Shown here in pieces: positions 1 through 10,900 of a DNA stretch of 64,000 bases (position 1 is its first letter; every line of letters starts with the position of its first letter). The position numbers and the translations under genes are program-made. The stretch is from NCBI GenBank assembly GCA_963778115.1, contig CAVZSV010000004.1, positions 2,752,001-2,816,000 of the forward strand, read 5' to 3'. This stretch comes from an uncultured delta proteobacterium (GTDB lineage Bacteria > Bdellovibrionota > FAC87 > UBA2466). Below the pieces are notes generated by a model. It was not told the DNA's origin and searched no databases. It was given only the letters and a program-made list of their open reading frames with translations.

Positions 1-417
1 TTCACCTTGTTGGGAGAGAGCCTAGGCGGAGCCGTCGCTTCTCACGTCGCCGCCAAAAGTGTCGAGAAAGGGGCCGAGCGTATCGCTTTAATTTCTCCTT
101 TCACTTCCGCGACCGAAGTCGCCAAGCGGCACTATTTTTTCTTCCCGGTCCAGTGGATGCACCGAGATAAGTTTGAAACGGAGAAGCTTTTAAGAAATAT
201 CCAGCTTCCCATCCACATCATTCACGGAACTTTAGATCAGGTCACCCCGATCGACTTGGGCAGGAAGCTTTTGAACGATTATTCCGCCAGCAGCAAGGCC
301 CTAACGGCGATTCCCGGCTACGGCCACGACAATATCAGTTCGGCGGCGGTGGACTCTCCCTTCGCGGAAGAATTCCGCGCGTTCGTTCGCGGCGAAGGCC
401 ATCACGTCAACCCTTGA
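1..417 (+). CDS. Alpha/beta hydrolase (5'-partial)
   Basis: GESLG nucleophile elbow, IHGTLD (Asp) and GHD (His) triad motifs; frame is open from base 1. Confidence 0.85.
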   Translation, partial: FTLLGESLGGAVASHVAAKSVEKGAERIALISPFTSATEVAKRHYFFFPVQWMHRDKFETEKLLRNIQLPIHIIHGTLDQVTPIDLGRKLLNDYSASSKALTAIPGYGHDNISSAAVDSPFAEEFRAFVRGEGHHVNP

Positions 418-600
418 CCTGTGCTTCTGCTAAAACCACGGGAATCCTTCGGGGTTCGCCCGACTGAATCTAGCACCTACCATCCGGACGAAACGGGACC
501 GAATTTAGTTAACTATTAACCAGACTCATAAAGTACCCACTTTTTTACACGAGTGCCAGACTGAAACCACCCTTTTGGGGGATTTTAGCTTTGCGCGATG

Positions 601-616
601 TGGCATTACCTTTGCT
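601..616 (+). promoter_or_regulatory. sigma54 (-24/-12) promoter
   Basis: TGGC-ATTACCT-TTGCT matches TGGC-N7-TTGC with exact spacing; predicted +1 near 627. Confidence 0.7.
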
Positions 617-626
617 TTAGTAAGTT

Positions 627-1238
627 TCCGAGGCGTCGACGGAAGGGATGGGGGTCCTGAAAGTCGAAGAGCCTCACTGGGTTGGGCAAAAGTTTAGCGG
701 GGTCATTAGTGGCTGGGGGGTCACCGAGGGAAGTGGGTTGAGGGATTCTGGGTTGGTAACGGGTTTGGGTTGAGGTTGGGAAAATGGGGTTGGGGTTGGG
801 AGTATGGGGAACTTGGGTTGGGGGCGCTCTTTCAAATGACTTCTGGCAAATTACCTCTGGCAAATGGCTTCTGGGTTGGGAGCACATGGGCTGGGGAGCC
901 TAGTTGGAAGAGAAATTGGGAATCGGGCAATTAGGGGGACTCTCCCCCTGATTCCCCGACAAGGGTTTTAGTAACGAAGGTCAAACATTGGATTTGGTTA
1001 ACGAATGAAACGATTTTTAGAAATAAATTTCTTCACCGGTCTTAAAGGTAAACTTCCTTTTAAGCCCGCCACTTCTTGCGGAGGTAGTGACGACGCCAAG
1101 ACTGGTTTCCTCGTAATGAAAAGGGGGCAAGGCCGAAAGGATTAGCCCTCTTTACAACGTAAAGTCTTACCAACAAGGGACGCTATCCTTTTAGACCGCG
1201 GGTCAGAAGGACCCGGATAGCGTCTCCTTTCTTTTTCT
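627..1238 (+). ncRNA. Candidate sigma54-dependent non-coding RNA with GGGTT(GGG) repeats and structured 3' half
   Basis: No convincing ORF; many GGGTT/TGGG runs at 677-920; hairpins at 1041-1064, 1098-1168 and 1175-1230; ends in a T-tract. Confidence 0.5.
1175..1238 (+). terminator. Intrinsic terminator-like hairpin
   Basis: GGGACGCTATCC...GGATAGCGTCTCC stem (inner GGGTC-AGAAG-GACCC) followed by TTTCTTTTTCT. Confidence 0.65.
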
Positions 1239-1253
1239 GATAAAAAAAATGGC

Positions 1254-2384
1254 ATGACCTCACCGCTTTATGAACGCCATGCGTTCGAACTCCCCGATGA
1301 TGTGACCTACTTGAATGGGTCCTATATGTCTCCTTTGCTCAAAGAAGTTCGCAAGGCCGGAGAAGGAGCTCTTGAGGATAGGGCACGTCCTTGGACCATC
1401 TCTTCTGAAAAATTCTTTGATAACGTGGAGCGGGTCCGGTCACTTTTTGCCGTGATCATTAACGGAGATCCGGACGGAGTGGCCTTAATTCCGTCCGTGA
1501 GCTTCGGAGCAGCCGTCGCGGCGGCTAACCTTCCCATCAAAGAGGGCCAAAAAATACTCGTCATGGAGGGGCAATTTCCCTCTAATTTCTTGGTCTGGCG
1601 GGAATTGGCGAAGCGAACGGGTGGGATCTTAGAGACGGTTCCTTGTCCGAAGGATTTTAATTGGACTGAGGCTTTTCTTTCCAGGCTCGACGATCGGACC
1701 GCCATCGTGGCATTGGAGCCCTGTCACTGGACGAACGGGAGCTCTGTCGATCTGGGGGCAGTGGGCAATCGAACACGTGAAGTTGGGGGAGCTTTCGTGG
1801 TGGACGCAAGTCAAGCTGCCGGAGCGCTTCCTCTGGACGTTCGTGAATTCCAACCGGATTTCTTGCTTACGGTAGGCTACAAATGGCTTTTGGGTCCTTA
1901 TAGCCTAGCACTCATGTACGTGCACCCCTCTCGACGATCCGGGATTCCGCTCGAATTTAACTGGATGAATCTAAAGGGGAGTCAGGATTTTACCCGATTG
2001 ACCGATTATGGAACTGAATTTCAAGAAGGGGCACGCCGTTACGATGTGGGAGAGCGAAGCAACTTCTTGCTCGTTCCGATGCTTAAAACGGCGCTCGAAA
2101 AGATCGTGTCGTGGGGCATACCGCAAATTCAAAAAAGCGCCGCTTCGCTAACGGCATTAATAGATCAGAGTGCCGATCGGAGAGGGATCGAAAGAGTTCC
2201 TTCTTCCCGAAGGGTCGGCCATATGACCGGACTCTACTTTCAAGGCAAAGATCTCTCGGCGATAGCCAATCGGCTTGCCGCAGAAAAGATCTTCGTGAGT
2301 CTTAGGGGATCGTCCATCAGGATCTCCGCTAATATTTACAATAGCAGTCGCGATATCGAACGACTTTTTGAAGTCCTATCTTAG
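1254..2384 (+). CDS. Class V PLP-dependent aminotransferase/lyase family protein
   Basis: YLNGSYMSP, DASQAAG and GYKWLLGP (PLP lysine) motifs; no obvious SufS/IscS catalytic Cys loop. Confidence 0.85.
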   Translation: MTSPLYERHAFELPDDVTYLNGSYMSPLLKEVRKAGEGALEDRARPWTISSEKFFDNVERVRSLFAVIINGDPDGVALIPSVSFGAAVAAANLPIKEGQKILVMEGQFPSNFLVWRELAKRTGGILETVPCPKDFNWTEAFLSRLDDRTAIVALEPCHWTNGSSVDLGAVGNRTREVGGAFVVDASQAAGALPLDVREFQPDFLLTVGYKWLLGPYSLALMYVHPSRRSGIPLEFNWMNLKGSQDFTRLTDYGTEFQEGARRYDVGERSNFLLVPMLKTALEKIVSWGIPQIQKSAASLTALIDQSADRRGIERVPSSRRVGHMTGLYFQGKDLSAIANRLAAEKIFVSLRGSSIRISANIYNSSRDIERLFEVLS

Positions 2385-3257
2385 CTTATAATTGGTGAAC
2401 TCACCGATGCGATAGGGAACGATGGACTCCCATAAAAAGGTGATGGCATTTTTAATTTCGTTGCCATCCCAATGTCTACGACACTTTTTGGGATCAAAGG
2501 GATAGGACTTGGTTTCTATTCTCTCCTTCATTACGGCAGGATGAGAAGAATGAAAGGGCTTAAGCCCCACATGCCGTTTTAATTCAAAAGCATGATCTTC
2601 GGATTCGGGTTGTTCGCCCCACCATTGGGCCATCTCACCTTCTTTGGTCTTGAGAGAGGCGGGACTTCTGACGTAGCCATAATGGAAAATGCGAGCGGAA
2701 GCGGGGATAACGACAAGCTTCTCTTCGCCTTTACGAAAGCCTTGGGCATCTCGATAGGCGCGAATTCCTCTTGCGTTCTTGAAAGCGCGGACTTCACGCC
2801 GATACCAATTTCTTCCTGTAATTCGGTAATGGTAATTTCCGTAGAAGTGTAAATAGTCGAATAGAAGCCCATCCACATCATCAAAGGTATTGGCCTCTTT
2901 CATCGCATCCAGAATCATGGGATGATCGGATTCATGGATCGCTTCGTCGGCTTGAACGTACAGACACCATTGCCCGTGGCACTCCTTCAGTGCGCTATCG
3001 GTCTGAGTCTTTAACTGCCATCCTCCTTGCTGTGCTTTTTTCTCCCAGGTGGATTGGATGAGTTTAATTTTTCTTGGGAACGATTTTTGAAGTTCAAGGC
3101 AAATCTCCCATGTGTCGTCGGTAGAATCGCCGCAATTGATGATGAACTCGTCACACAGGGGGAGTGCCGAAAGGACTGACTCTCGAAAGGGGTAGTCGAG
3201 CTTTTTGGCATTTCTGACGATGGTAAAGCCGCTGACTCGAATCTGAGACACACTCAT
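2376..3257 (-). CDS. Glycosyltransferase family 2
   Basis: SGFTIVRN start, DSTDDT, YVQADE (DxD-like) and FHYGY motifs. Confidence 0.8.
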   Translation of the reverse strand: MSVSQIRVSGFTIVRNAKKLDYPFRESVLSALPLCDEFIINCGDSTDDTWEICLELQKSFPRKIKLIQSTWEKKAQQGGWQLKTQTDSALKECHGQWCLYVQADEAIHESDHPMILDAMKEANTFDDVDGLLFDYLHFYGNYHYRITGRNWYRREVRAFKNARGIRAYRDAQGFRKGEEKLVVIPASARIFHYGYVRSPASLKTKEGEMAQWWGEQPESEDHAFELKRHVGLKPFHSSHPAVMKERIETKSYPFDPKKCRRHWDGNEIKNAITFLWESIVPYRIGEFTNYKLR

Positions 3258-3260
3258 CCC

Positions 3261-4349
3261 CTACACATTGAATCTAAACTCAAGGACGTCGCCCGGTTGC
3301 ACGACATACTCTTTTCCTTCCAGCTTATAAAGTCCCGCCTCTTTTACTTTGCCCTCACTGCCCAGTCTGAGCAGGTCATCGCTTTTCATGCATTCGGCGC
3401 AGATAAACCCTTTTTCAAAATCGGTATGAATGACGCCCGCGGCCTGTGGGGCTTTGATCCCCTTATGGATCTCCCATGCATGGACTTCCTTAACTCCAGC
3501 AGTGTAGTAAACCGTAAGTCCCAACAGATCAAAAGCCGCACGAATGAGTCGATTAAGGCCCGGTTCTTCAACACCTAAGCCCGCTAAATATTCGGCCCGC
3601 TCCTCTTCAGGGAGAGTCGCAATTTCGGCCTCAAGCGAACAGTCGATAGTCAAATGGCTCGCCCCTTCTTTGGTGGCGATGTCTTGGACGACTTTAACGA
3701 GCCCTTGCTCGTCGGGCTTTCCACTGGAGTTAGAGACATACAAAATCGGTTTTGCCGTCAAAAGGAAAAGTCCCGTGAGCCTGTCCTTATCAGCGGTATC
3801 GATGGGAAATGTGCGTGCTGGCTTTCCGGCATCCATATGGGCTCGCAGGGCTTCGAAGATTTCTGTATTTTTCTTACCCTCTTTGTCGCCCGTTTTAGCG
3901 GCGCGGCGCTCTCGTTCCATTCGCTTCTCCATACTCTGTAAGTCGGCGAGTAGGAGTTCGGTATTGATAACGTCGATATCGCGCGCGGGGTCGACCGAGC
4001 CATCGACATGAATGATGTCATCATTATGAAAGCAGCGGACCAAGTGGATAATGGCGTCTACTTCACGAATGTGATGGAGGAACTGATTTCCCAATCCTTC
4101 GCCTTTGCTGGCGCCTTTCACGATGCCAGCGATATCGACGATTTGGGTGGTGGCAGGCACTATCTTTTGTGCTTTCACTACATCCGAAAGCTGCTTCAAC
4201 TTGGGATCGGGAACATTCACCACACCGATATTGGGTTCGATGGTGCAGAAGGGGTAATTCGCTGCTTCCGCCTTGGCACTTCCCAAAGCATTAAAGAGAG
4301 TAGACTTTCCAACGTTGGGAAGTCCTACGATGCCGCATTTTAGACTCAT
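3261..4349 (-). CDS. ychF: Redox-regulated ATPase YchF
   Basis: [46 protein letters not shown]-terminal TGS domain [11 protein letters not shown]. Confidence 0.97.
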   Translation of the reverse strand: MSLKCGIVGLPNVGKSTLFNALGSAKAEAANYPFCTIEPNIGVVNVPDPKLKQLSDVVKAQKIVPATTQIVDIAGIVKGASKGEGLGNQFLHHIREVDAIIHLVRCFHNDDIIHVDGSVDPARDIDVINTELLLADLQSMEKRMERERRAAKTGDKEGKKNTEIFEALRAHMDAGKPARTFPIDTADKDRLTGLFLLTAKPILYVSNSSGKPDEQGLVKVVQDIATKEGASHLTIDCSLEAEIATLPEEERAEYLAGLGVEEPGLNRLIRAAFDLLGLTVYYTAGVKEVHAWEIHKGIKAPQAAGVIHTDFEKGFICAECMKSDDLLRLGSEGKVKEAGLYKLEGKEYVVQPGDVLEFRFNV

Positions 4350-4999
4350 TTCTTTTCTTCTTTCTTGTTTTCTTTATTTTTGACTTCATCCTTTGGCGTT
4401 CGGTTCACGGTATCCATCGTTTTTGCGATCCCCTCTTTCAAAAGAACTTCCAGCGCATCGACGGCGGAGACTACGGCTTTTTCCAAAGTCTCCTTTAGAG
4501 TCGAGGGAACCTTAGAGAGGAGGTAGACATCCGAAGGGAGCACTTCCGATCTTCCCACTCCAATCCTTAAGCGGGGGAAGTTTTCACCTCCCAGATGTTC
4601 GATCACCGACTTGAGCCCGTTGTGACCTCCAGCACCGCCAGAAACGCGCAATCGAAGCTTTCCCGGAGGCAAGTCGAGATCGTCGCTTACCAAAAGTACG
4701 TCTTTAGGCTCGATCTTGTAGAAGTGAGCAATCTCGCGGACCGCAGTTCCCGACAGATTCATGAAAGTCTGCGGTTTTACGAGAATCGCTTTCCTATCGT
4801 AGATATCGAGACGACACGTCAGCGCGTTTGTCTCCTTGCGGAATTCCAAACGGTTCCTGGAGGCCAAGAGATCCAGCACATCAAAGCCGAGATTATGCGG
4901 CGTCTGCTGGTATTTCTTGCCCGGATTTCCCAAGCCTACAAAAAGGAGCAAGGGGCTGTTCAAGACGCTGAATAATGGACCCGACGGCCCAGACGACAT
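4346..4999 (-). CDS. pth: Peptidyl-tRNA hydrolase
   Basis: [22 protein letters not shown] and GGHNGLKS motifs; conserved synteny. Confidence 0.96.
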   Translation of the reverse strand: MSSGPSGPLFSVLNSPLLLFVGLGNPGKKYQQTPHNLGFDVLDLLASRNRLEFRKETNALTCRLDIYDRKAILVKPQTFMNLSGTAVREIAHFYKIEPKDVLLVSDDLDLPPGKLRLRVSGGAGGHNGLKSVIEHLGGENFPRLRIGVGRSEVLPSDVYLLSKVPSTLKETLEKAVVSAVDALEVLLKEGIAKTMDTVNRTPKDEVKNKENKKEEKK

Positions 5000-5028
5000 G
5001 AGAGCTCCGTGATTTTAAAAGAAGGATA

Positions 5029-5718
5029 TTACTTCTTCTTTTCATCCTTCTTAGCATCGGCGGCGGGCGCCGCAGCGGCACCTTCTTCACCCTCTTTCTT
5101 CTTCTCCGTAATGACTTCCGGTTCGGCAGTCGGAGTAAGTGAAGCGACGGCCTCTTCTTCTTTCGTCGGAGGTACGACCGTTACCAGGGTCGTTTGGGTA
5201 GAAGCGGATAGCTCCACACCTTCCGGCAAAATGACGGCATCTGCGTGAAGAGAATCCCCGATCTTAAGGGCTGAAACATCAACGTCGATGTGTTTTGGAA
5301 TCTGGGTCGGAAGACACTTAATGGAGATGGTTCGCTGGACGACGTTAAGAACACCACCATCGGCAACCCCGATGGCTTTACCCGTAAGATTCACGGAAAC
5401 GGTGACTTCGATTTTGGCTTTGACGTCAATTTCAAGCAAATCGACGTGAATGAGATTTCGTTTTACCGGATCGACTTGGTAGTCTTTTACAATGGCATGT
5501 CGGCCTTCCACACCGGTACCCACCAAATTTAAGACTTTGTTTCGTCCGCCTTCTTCCATAAGAAGTTTGTGAATAAGGCGGGGTTCGAGAATGAGATTGG
5601 TGTTCTCATGCCCCAAGCCGTAAAGCACACCGGGCAGTTTTCCCGCGCGGCGAATTTTTCGTGCGGCACCTTTGCCTTTGTTCTGTCTGTTTTCTACCGT
5701 GAGACTTAGTTGTTCCAT
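5029..5718 (-). CDS. rplY: 50S ribosomal protein L25/general stress protein Ctc
   Basis: GKGAARKIRRAGKLPGVLYG and HVDL motifs; CTC C-terminal domain and acidic tail. Confidence 0.96.
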   Translation of the reverse strand: MEQLSLTVENRQNKGKGAARKIRRAGKLPGVLYGLGHENTNLILEPRLIHKLLMEEGGRNKVLNLVGTGVEGRHAIVKDYQVDPVKRNLIHVDLLEIDVKAKIEVTVSVNLTGKAIGVADGGVLNVVQRTISIKCLPTQIPKHIDVDVSALKIGDSLHADAVILPEGVELSASTQTTLVTVVPPTKEEEAVASLTPTAEPEVITEKKKEGEEGAAAAPAADAKKDEKKK

Positions 5719-5727
5719 GAGTTCACC

Positions 5728-6681
5728 TTAATCAAATAAAGAGCTTACCGAAGATTGTTTATGGATGCGGCGAATGGCTTCCGATAGGATGGGAGCTACG
5801 GTGAGGCACTTCACTTTGCCTAGTTTCGCCATCTCGGGCGAGAGGGGGATGGTGTCGGTACATATCACTTCCCTAATCTCGCTATCCCGAATTCGTTCAA
5901 ATGCAGAGCCTGAAAAAACACCGTGAGTACAAGCGGCACTGACAGACTCCGCTCCGTGCTCTCTTAAAACGTGAATGGCCTGGACCAAGGTACCTGCGGT
6001 ATCGATCATATCATCGACGATAATCGCAAATTTGCCTTTTACCTCTCCGATGACATTCATGGCTTGGGCTTCATTGGGTCGGATACGACGTTTGTCGATA
6101 ATCGCGAGTCCCACATCTAATCGTTTCGCGTAGGCTCGCGCCCGTTCCACACCACCAGCATCTGGAGAGACGACAATCAGTTTATCGAGTGGATAATTTT
6201 GTCTAATGTATTGAAGGATGACGGGCTTTGCATACAAATGATCGAAAGGAATATTGAAAAAGCCCTGAATCTGGCCCGCGTGTAAGTCCATCGAGACTAC
6301 TCGGGAAACACCTGCTGCCGTTAGCAAGTCGGCGACGAGTTTGGCCGTGATGGGGACTCGTGATTGGACTTTGCGATCTTGTCGTCCATATCCGTAATAA
6401 GGAAGGACCGCGGTGATCGAATTGGTAGAAGATCGCTTAAGCGCATCGGTCATGATAAGCAGTTCCATCAAAGTGTCGTTTACCGGATGGCAAGTGGGCT
6501 GAATGACAAAAGTGTCGGCCCCCCGAACGCTCTCTTGAATCTCTACAAAAATTTCACCGTCTGAAAAACGGCGAACGTCGGCGCGACAAAGTTCGGTTCC
6601 TAGATCATCGGCGATCGCTTTGGAAAGCGCCACATTCGCCGTGCAGGAAAATATCTTAAATTCGCGGCCTTCAAAATCCAT
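5728..6681 (-). CDS. prs: Ribose-phosphate pyrophosphokinase
   Basis: [30 protein letters not shown] and DDMIDTAGT motifs; ATG at 6681 chosen as start. Confidence 0.97.
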   Translation of the reverse strand: MDFEGREFKIFSCTANVALSKAIADDLGTELCRADVRRFSDGEIFVEIQESVRGADTFVIQPTCHPVNDTLMELLIMTDALKRSSTNSITAVLPYYGYGRQDRKVQSRVPITAKLVADLLTAAGVSRVVSMDLHAGQIQGFFNIPFDHLYAKPVILQYIRQNYPLDKLIVVSPDAGGVERARAYAKRLDVGLAIIDKRRIRPNEAQAMNVIGEVKGKFAIIVDDMIDTAGTLVQAIHVLREHGAESVSAACTHGVFSGSAFERIRDSEIREVICTDTIPLSPEMAKLGKVKCLTVAPILSEAIRRIHKQSSVSSLFD

Positions 6682-6754
6682 AAGGCTCCAGATGCTATGC
6701 AAAACTCACGGTAAATACAACGGTTTTTATTGAATTTGGCGGCTAGCGTCAGCG

Positions 6755-7627
6755 CTACTGGCCGTCTGAGGAGGTCGTGTCTTTCTTGGTAGATCCGGCA
6801 AGGCTACGAGGGTGCTGGGTGATACCCGTGGGAGGGGGCGGAGGTGGCGCAGTCATTCCGGCCAGACTGCGGGCCGCTATTTTTTTCGTAAATAATTCTG
6901 CTGATTTGCTGTCGGGCCAGTAAATAGGAATCTCTAACTTTCCTTGGAGTTCGGCCTTCTCATTGCTGAAAGGGGTCGAAAGTTCGCTGTTAAACTCGAG
7001 CCGCATCGTTTGGGTCTTGAATTGGAGGGTGGAGCTGCCGTTCTCGGTTTTGACCTCCCGGGGGTCAAAAAGCGGGGTAACGATGACCGAACCGCTTTGA
7101 GCAAAGTACGTGCTTTTGAGACGCTGTTCGTCGGCCTGTTCTCGCGGGGCGGAGGGAGAGGTCATCATCATAAGGCCAAGGTTGAAAATATTGTTGGTTT
7201 TGGCGTCCCGAATTTTCGTTTGAAAAGTCTGTGATGTCGTGGGGATGTGCTTAGTAATCAAACTCATCGATCCAAACTGAGACACCTGTTCTTGAAGTTT
7301 CGAGGCCATCGTCCCCAGTTGAATCTGGATGATGAACGCCCCTTTGAATTCTTCGCGGTAGGCTTCGGGTAATAGTTTTGCCGGATAGACGATTCCTAAA
7401 CCGTACCGTCCCGATTCCGGCCCCAGGTCAATAAGTTCTACTTTGCCGCCCTGACGATAGACCACAGTACCCGATCCGGCGTGAGTCTCAGGAGCGAAGA
7501 TATCGATAGCGTCGGCAGCCGGCTCGCCGGCCTTTCCGGCTCCTAATAACGGCACCACAGCGGACGTTTGCCCGGCCAAAAGTAAGAGAATACTGAAAAG
7601 CGGAAATATGAGGGGATTACGCTTCAA
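6755..7627 (-). CDS. Hypothetical exported protein
   Basis: TTG start at 7627 after AGGAG gives a signal-peptide-like MKRNPLIFPLFSILLLLAGQTSA; Pro-rich C-terminal tail. Confidence 0.6.
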   Translation of the reverse strand: MKRNPLIFPLFSILLLLAGQTSAVVPLLGAGKAGEPAADAIDIFAPETHAGSGTVVYRQGGKVELIDLGPESGRYGLGIVYPAKLLPEAYREEFKGAFIIQIQLGTMASKLQEQVSQFGSMSLITKHIPTTSQTFQTKIRDAKTNNIFNLGLMMMTSPSAPREQADEQRLKSTYFAQSGSVIVTPLFDPREVKTENGSSTLQFKTQTMRLEFNSELSTPFSNEKAELQGKLEIPIYWPDSKSAELFTKKIAARSLAGMTAPPPPPPTGITQHPRSLAGSTKKDTTSSDGQ

Positions 7628-7922
7628 CGAGCTCCTGCCAAATGCGATCGAAGTCTTCCGGGGTGTTTTCCGTCGTCCATAAAGGGGGTTTGCCTTCACG
7701 GTAGATTACCACGGTGCACCCCGCGGCGTTGCAGTGGCCGAGGCAACCGGTGCGCGTAGCTTTGTGGGTCTGGTAGATACCTGCCTCTTTAAGTTTGCTC
7801 TTAAGCTTTGAGAAAAATTCGTGACCGCCCGCAGCATTGCAACAGGCCCTTCCGTCATCTCGATCGTTGGTACAGACGAAGGCTTGGGCTTTAACGCCTT
7901 TGTTGGCGATGTACTTTGTCAT
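7617..7922 (-). CDS. Thioredoxin-like [2Fe-2S] ferredoxin
   Basis: FVCTNDR...CC...TGCLGHC..G.TVVIY pattern. Confidence 0.85.
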   Translation of the reverse strand: MTKYIANKGVKAQAFVCTNDRDDGRACCNAAGGHEFFSKLKSKLKEAGIYQTHKATRTGCLGHCNAAGCTVVIYREGKPPLWTTENTPEDFDRIWQELVEA

Positions 7923-7936
7923 AATAACAACCCTTC

Positions 7937-10900
7937 TTAAACTCTTTCTATTTTACCCTTCTGAAAGAGGTAGTCTACATAGCGGTTGGTCAATTTTTCC
8001 GACAGGCTATTCATCTTCAGCCGCTCATTGAGATTCTTAAAATCCACACAATCCATGTGTTGATCTTGGTTGTAGCAGGAGAAGACGAAAGTCTCTTTCT
8101 TCGTGACGGGATCAATGTGCCGTTGCAAACACTGGGCACATACCTCTTTCATCATGCATTGCATGGCCGAGTTGATGGAAGCAATTCCCACGTGATCTTT
8201 TTTCAGATAGGGAGCTAGCACTCCATGGCGGGCTTCGGTTACCGCACTCATCATGCGGTCGGAGCCGATGGCGATAATGTGATCTACTTTATTGGTGGAG
8301 AAGAGGGGGTTTTTCTGAAGCTCGCCCTTCGCATAGGCGAGGATTGCTTGCACGATATTTCCCGTGAACGCGATGTCTTGGGGTCTTCGCGCCGGAATCG
8401 TTCCGGAGTCCACCGCCCAAATCACCTGATCCGTAACCGCTTCAATATCGTCCTGCTTAAAAATATCTTGCGGCTTTTTGTAACCGGCGAAGTAGAGGAC
8501 TTTGCTGTTATTGGCTCGAAGTGCCTTTGCGATGGAGAGAAGAACCGCGTTGCCGAGTCCTCCTCCCACGAGCATCACCGTTTGGCTCGGTGGAATTTCA
8601 CTGGGGGTTCCTGTGGGACCCATTACCACGACGGGATCTCCGGGTTTTAGCATCGAACAAAGACGGGAGCTAGCGCCCATTTCAAGGACTATCATGCTTA
8701 AGAGATCATTCTCTTTGTCTACCCAAGCGCCCGTGAGTGCGATTCCTTCGAGTTGTAAGCGGCTATTTTCAATCGAGTGAGCCGAGGTTTCGTAATTTTG
8801 CAGACGATAAAACTGACCGGGCTCAAACTTGTTCGAAGCATAGTGCGCTTTCACTATGACTTCCACGATAGTGGGCGTCAGACGGACTACCCGGACAATT
8901 CGAGGAACTAAAGCTTCATCGAGATGCTTGGTTAGCTGCTCAAAGTGAGAGAAGTCGGCTCCAGCGCCTTTTTCGGCGGACAGGATATCATTCCAGAAAA
9001 GTTTGGAAACGTGGGGCGCTCCGCGCTTGGCTGAAGCCATCGCTTTGACAACGTTTCCAGCGAAGTCAGGATGGTTGTCCCCATAAAACGTCACAAAGCG
9101 GTTATGCTTTTCGTAGGACAAGAAGAAAGCCTCTCGAGATTTTCCACTCACTTCCGTGAGGCCCCAATTCCCCTCAGCGGTCTTTTCGGCTTGGTATTTT
9201 CGGAAAAAATACTTTTTGTCGTCGAGTTTGAAAGTTCCCGGAAATTCTCGCTCGTAGATCGTATTAGGGCTGGTACCGGCCGCGACGCAGACCGATTTTG
9301 CGGGTAGGGTGATTTCAGTATTGTCCGCTCTTTGAAATTTAATGGCATCCACGGCTCCGAAGCAATCCCTGACGGCCTCCACGGGATTGAGGTTTTCGAT
9401 GAAGGTGATTCCTTCCTCGAGTGCCTTAATCACTTCTTCATGGTTGAGGCGGTAGGCCGGAGAATCCGACATTTTCTTTCGGTAGGCGATGGAAACCCCA
9501 CCCCAACTTCGGCAAAGAGAAATAAAATTAGGATTTCGTTTTTCCTTCTCCGCTTTGGCGCGCTCTTCGCGAACGGCCTTTCCGTGCTCGATAAAAGTCT
9601 TTAAAATCCCTTTTTCTTCTTCGTCACACATCCCCCAGACGGTGGTTTCCGTAAATTCTCGACAAAGGAGTTCAAAACGATCGAGAGCCTTTTCGACTTG
9701 CAAAGGGTAATACGCTAACAACTCAGTTGCAGTGTCGATGGCGGTAAGCCCGCCTCCGATGACCACCGCTGGCAATCTTACTTGTAAATTAGCAAGCGAA
9801 GGGCGCTTAAAAGCTCCCGTGAGTTGAAGCGCCATCAGAAAATCGCTGGCCTTACGAATCCCGCGGATGAGATTATTTTTCATGTTGATGACGGTGGGTC
9901 TACCGGCACCGGTAGCAAAGGCCACATGCTTAAAACCTAAATCCCATGCATCATCTAATGTCAGCGTTCCGCCAAAGCGGACTCCGCCATAAACGCGAAG
10001 ATTTTTTCGGCGCAACAGGGTCAAATAGATGACGGCAAGAAAGTTTTTATCCCAACGAACGGTGATTCCGTACTCGGAAACGCCTCCGAACCCCATCAAA
10101 ATACGTTCATCGAGGTCTTTCTTAAGTTCGGAATAGTTTTGAATCGGCTTGGGAAATGGCTTGCCCTTCCCGGTCAAAGTAGCGTCCACGGGTTCTAGCT
10201 TTAAGCCATCGATTCCGACAACCCCAAAGCCGTCGTTGGCTAAATAGTGCGAAAGCGTATAGCCGGCGGGGCCGAGCCCTACCACAAGAACGTCGTTACC
10301 ATTATAAGGAAGCGCAAAGGGGCGACGTTTGTTGATGGGATTGAAACGAGTAAGAAGGCTGTAAATTTCGAAACCGTACGGCAGATTAAGAACATCCGTC
10401 AGAACCCCCGTTTCGTTCTGCGGAATATTTACGGGATCCTGTTTCTGGAAAATGCAGCCTTTCATGCAATCGTTACAGATGCGATGCCCCGTTCCCGGGC
10501 ACATCGGATTGTCGAGCATAATCATGGCGAGAGAGGCTATCACTTCGCCCTGTTTTCTAAGCCAGTGCATTTCTGAAATCCTCTCGTCGAGAGGACACCC
10601 TTCGAGTTCGATTCCGAGGGGATTTTTCTTAAAACCACCGCTCTTTTCGACAAACCCTTTGGTACAAGAATCCTTTTCTCTCTGGTGACAGTAAATGCAG
10701 TAGTCAATCTCGCGCAAAACCTGTTTGGGATTCATCCTGCCGTCCGTTAGCTTAAAACCTTCTCGGAACCGCAAGTGCTGGGAAGGGCCCACACTCTTCT
10801 CGGGTAAAGCGCTATCCGGATGTTCCGTCGGGACCAGCTTTTCATACTCGATCTTGTTGGGACGAACAAAAGAAACCCAGTCCTTAATGGCAACTCGTCG

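Noticed and set aside
421..500. UUCG hairpin plus CTGA...GAAAC resembling a hammerhead ribozyme
   Set aside because: The core CUGAnGA is not matched and the three stems cannot be built
606..887. 93-aa Pro-rich minus-strand ORF
   Set aside because: Its composition is simply the complement of the G-runs; no RBS or family motif, and the plus strand carries the promoter and terminator
648..1145. Short plus-strand ORFs (41 aa from 648; 46 aa from 1005)
   Set aside because: No properly spaced RBS and no recognisable motif; not fully excluded without Ribo-seq
1119..1153. Possible SRP RNA or c-di-GMP riboswitch
   Set aside because: Has a GNRA-capped stem but lacks the SRP CAGG/AGCA internal loop and the c-di-GMP-I consensus elements
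6682..6754. Expected tRNA-Gln upstream of prs
   Set aside because: No cloverleaf or T-loop motif in the 73-nt gap
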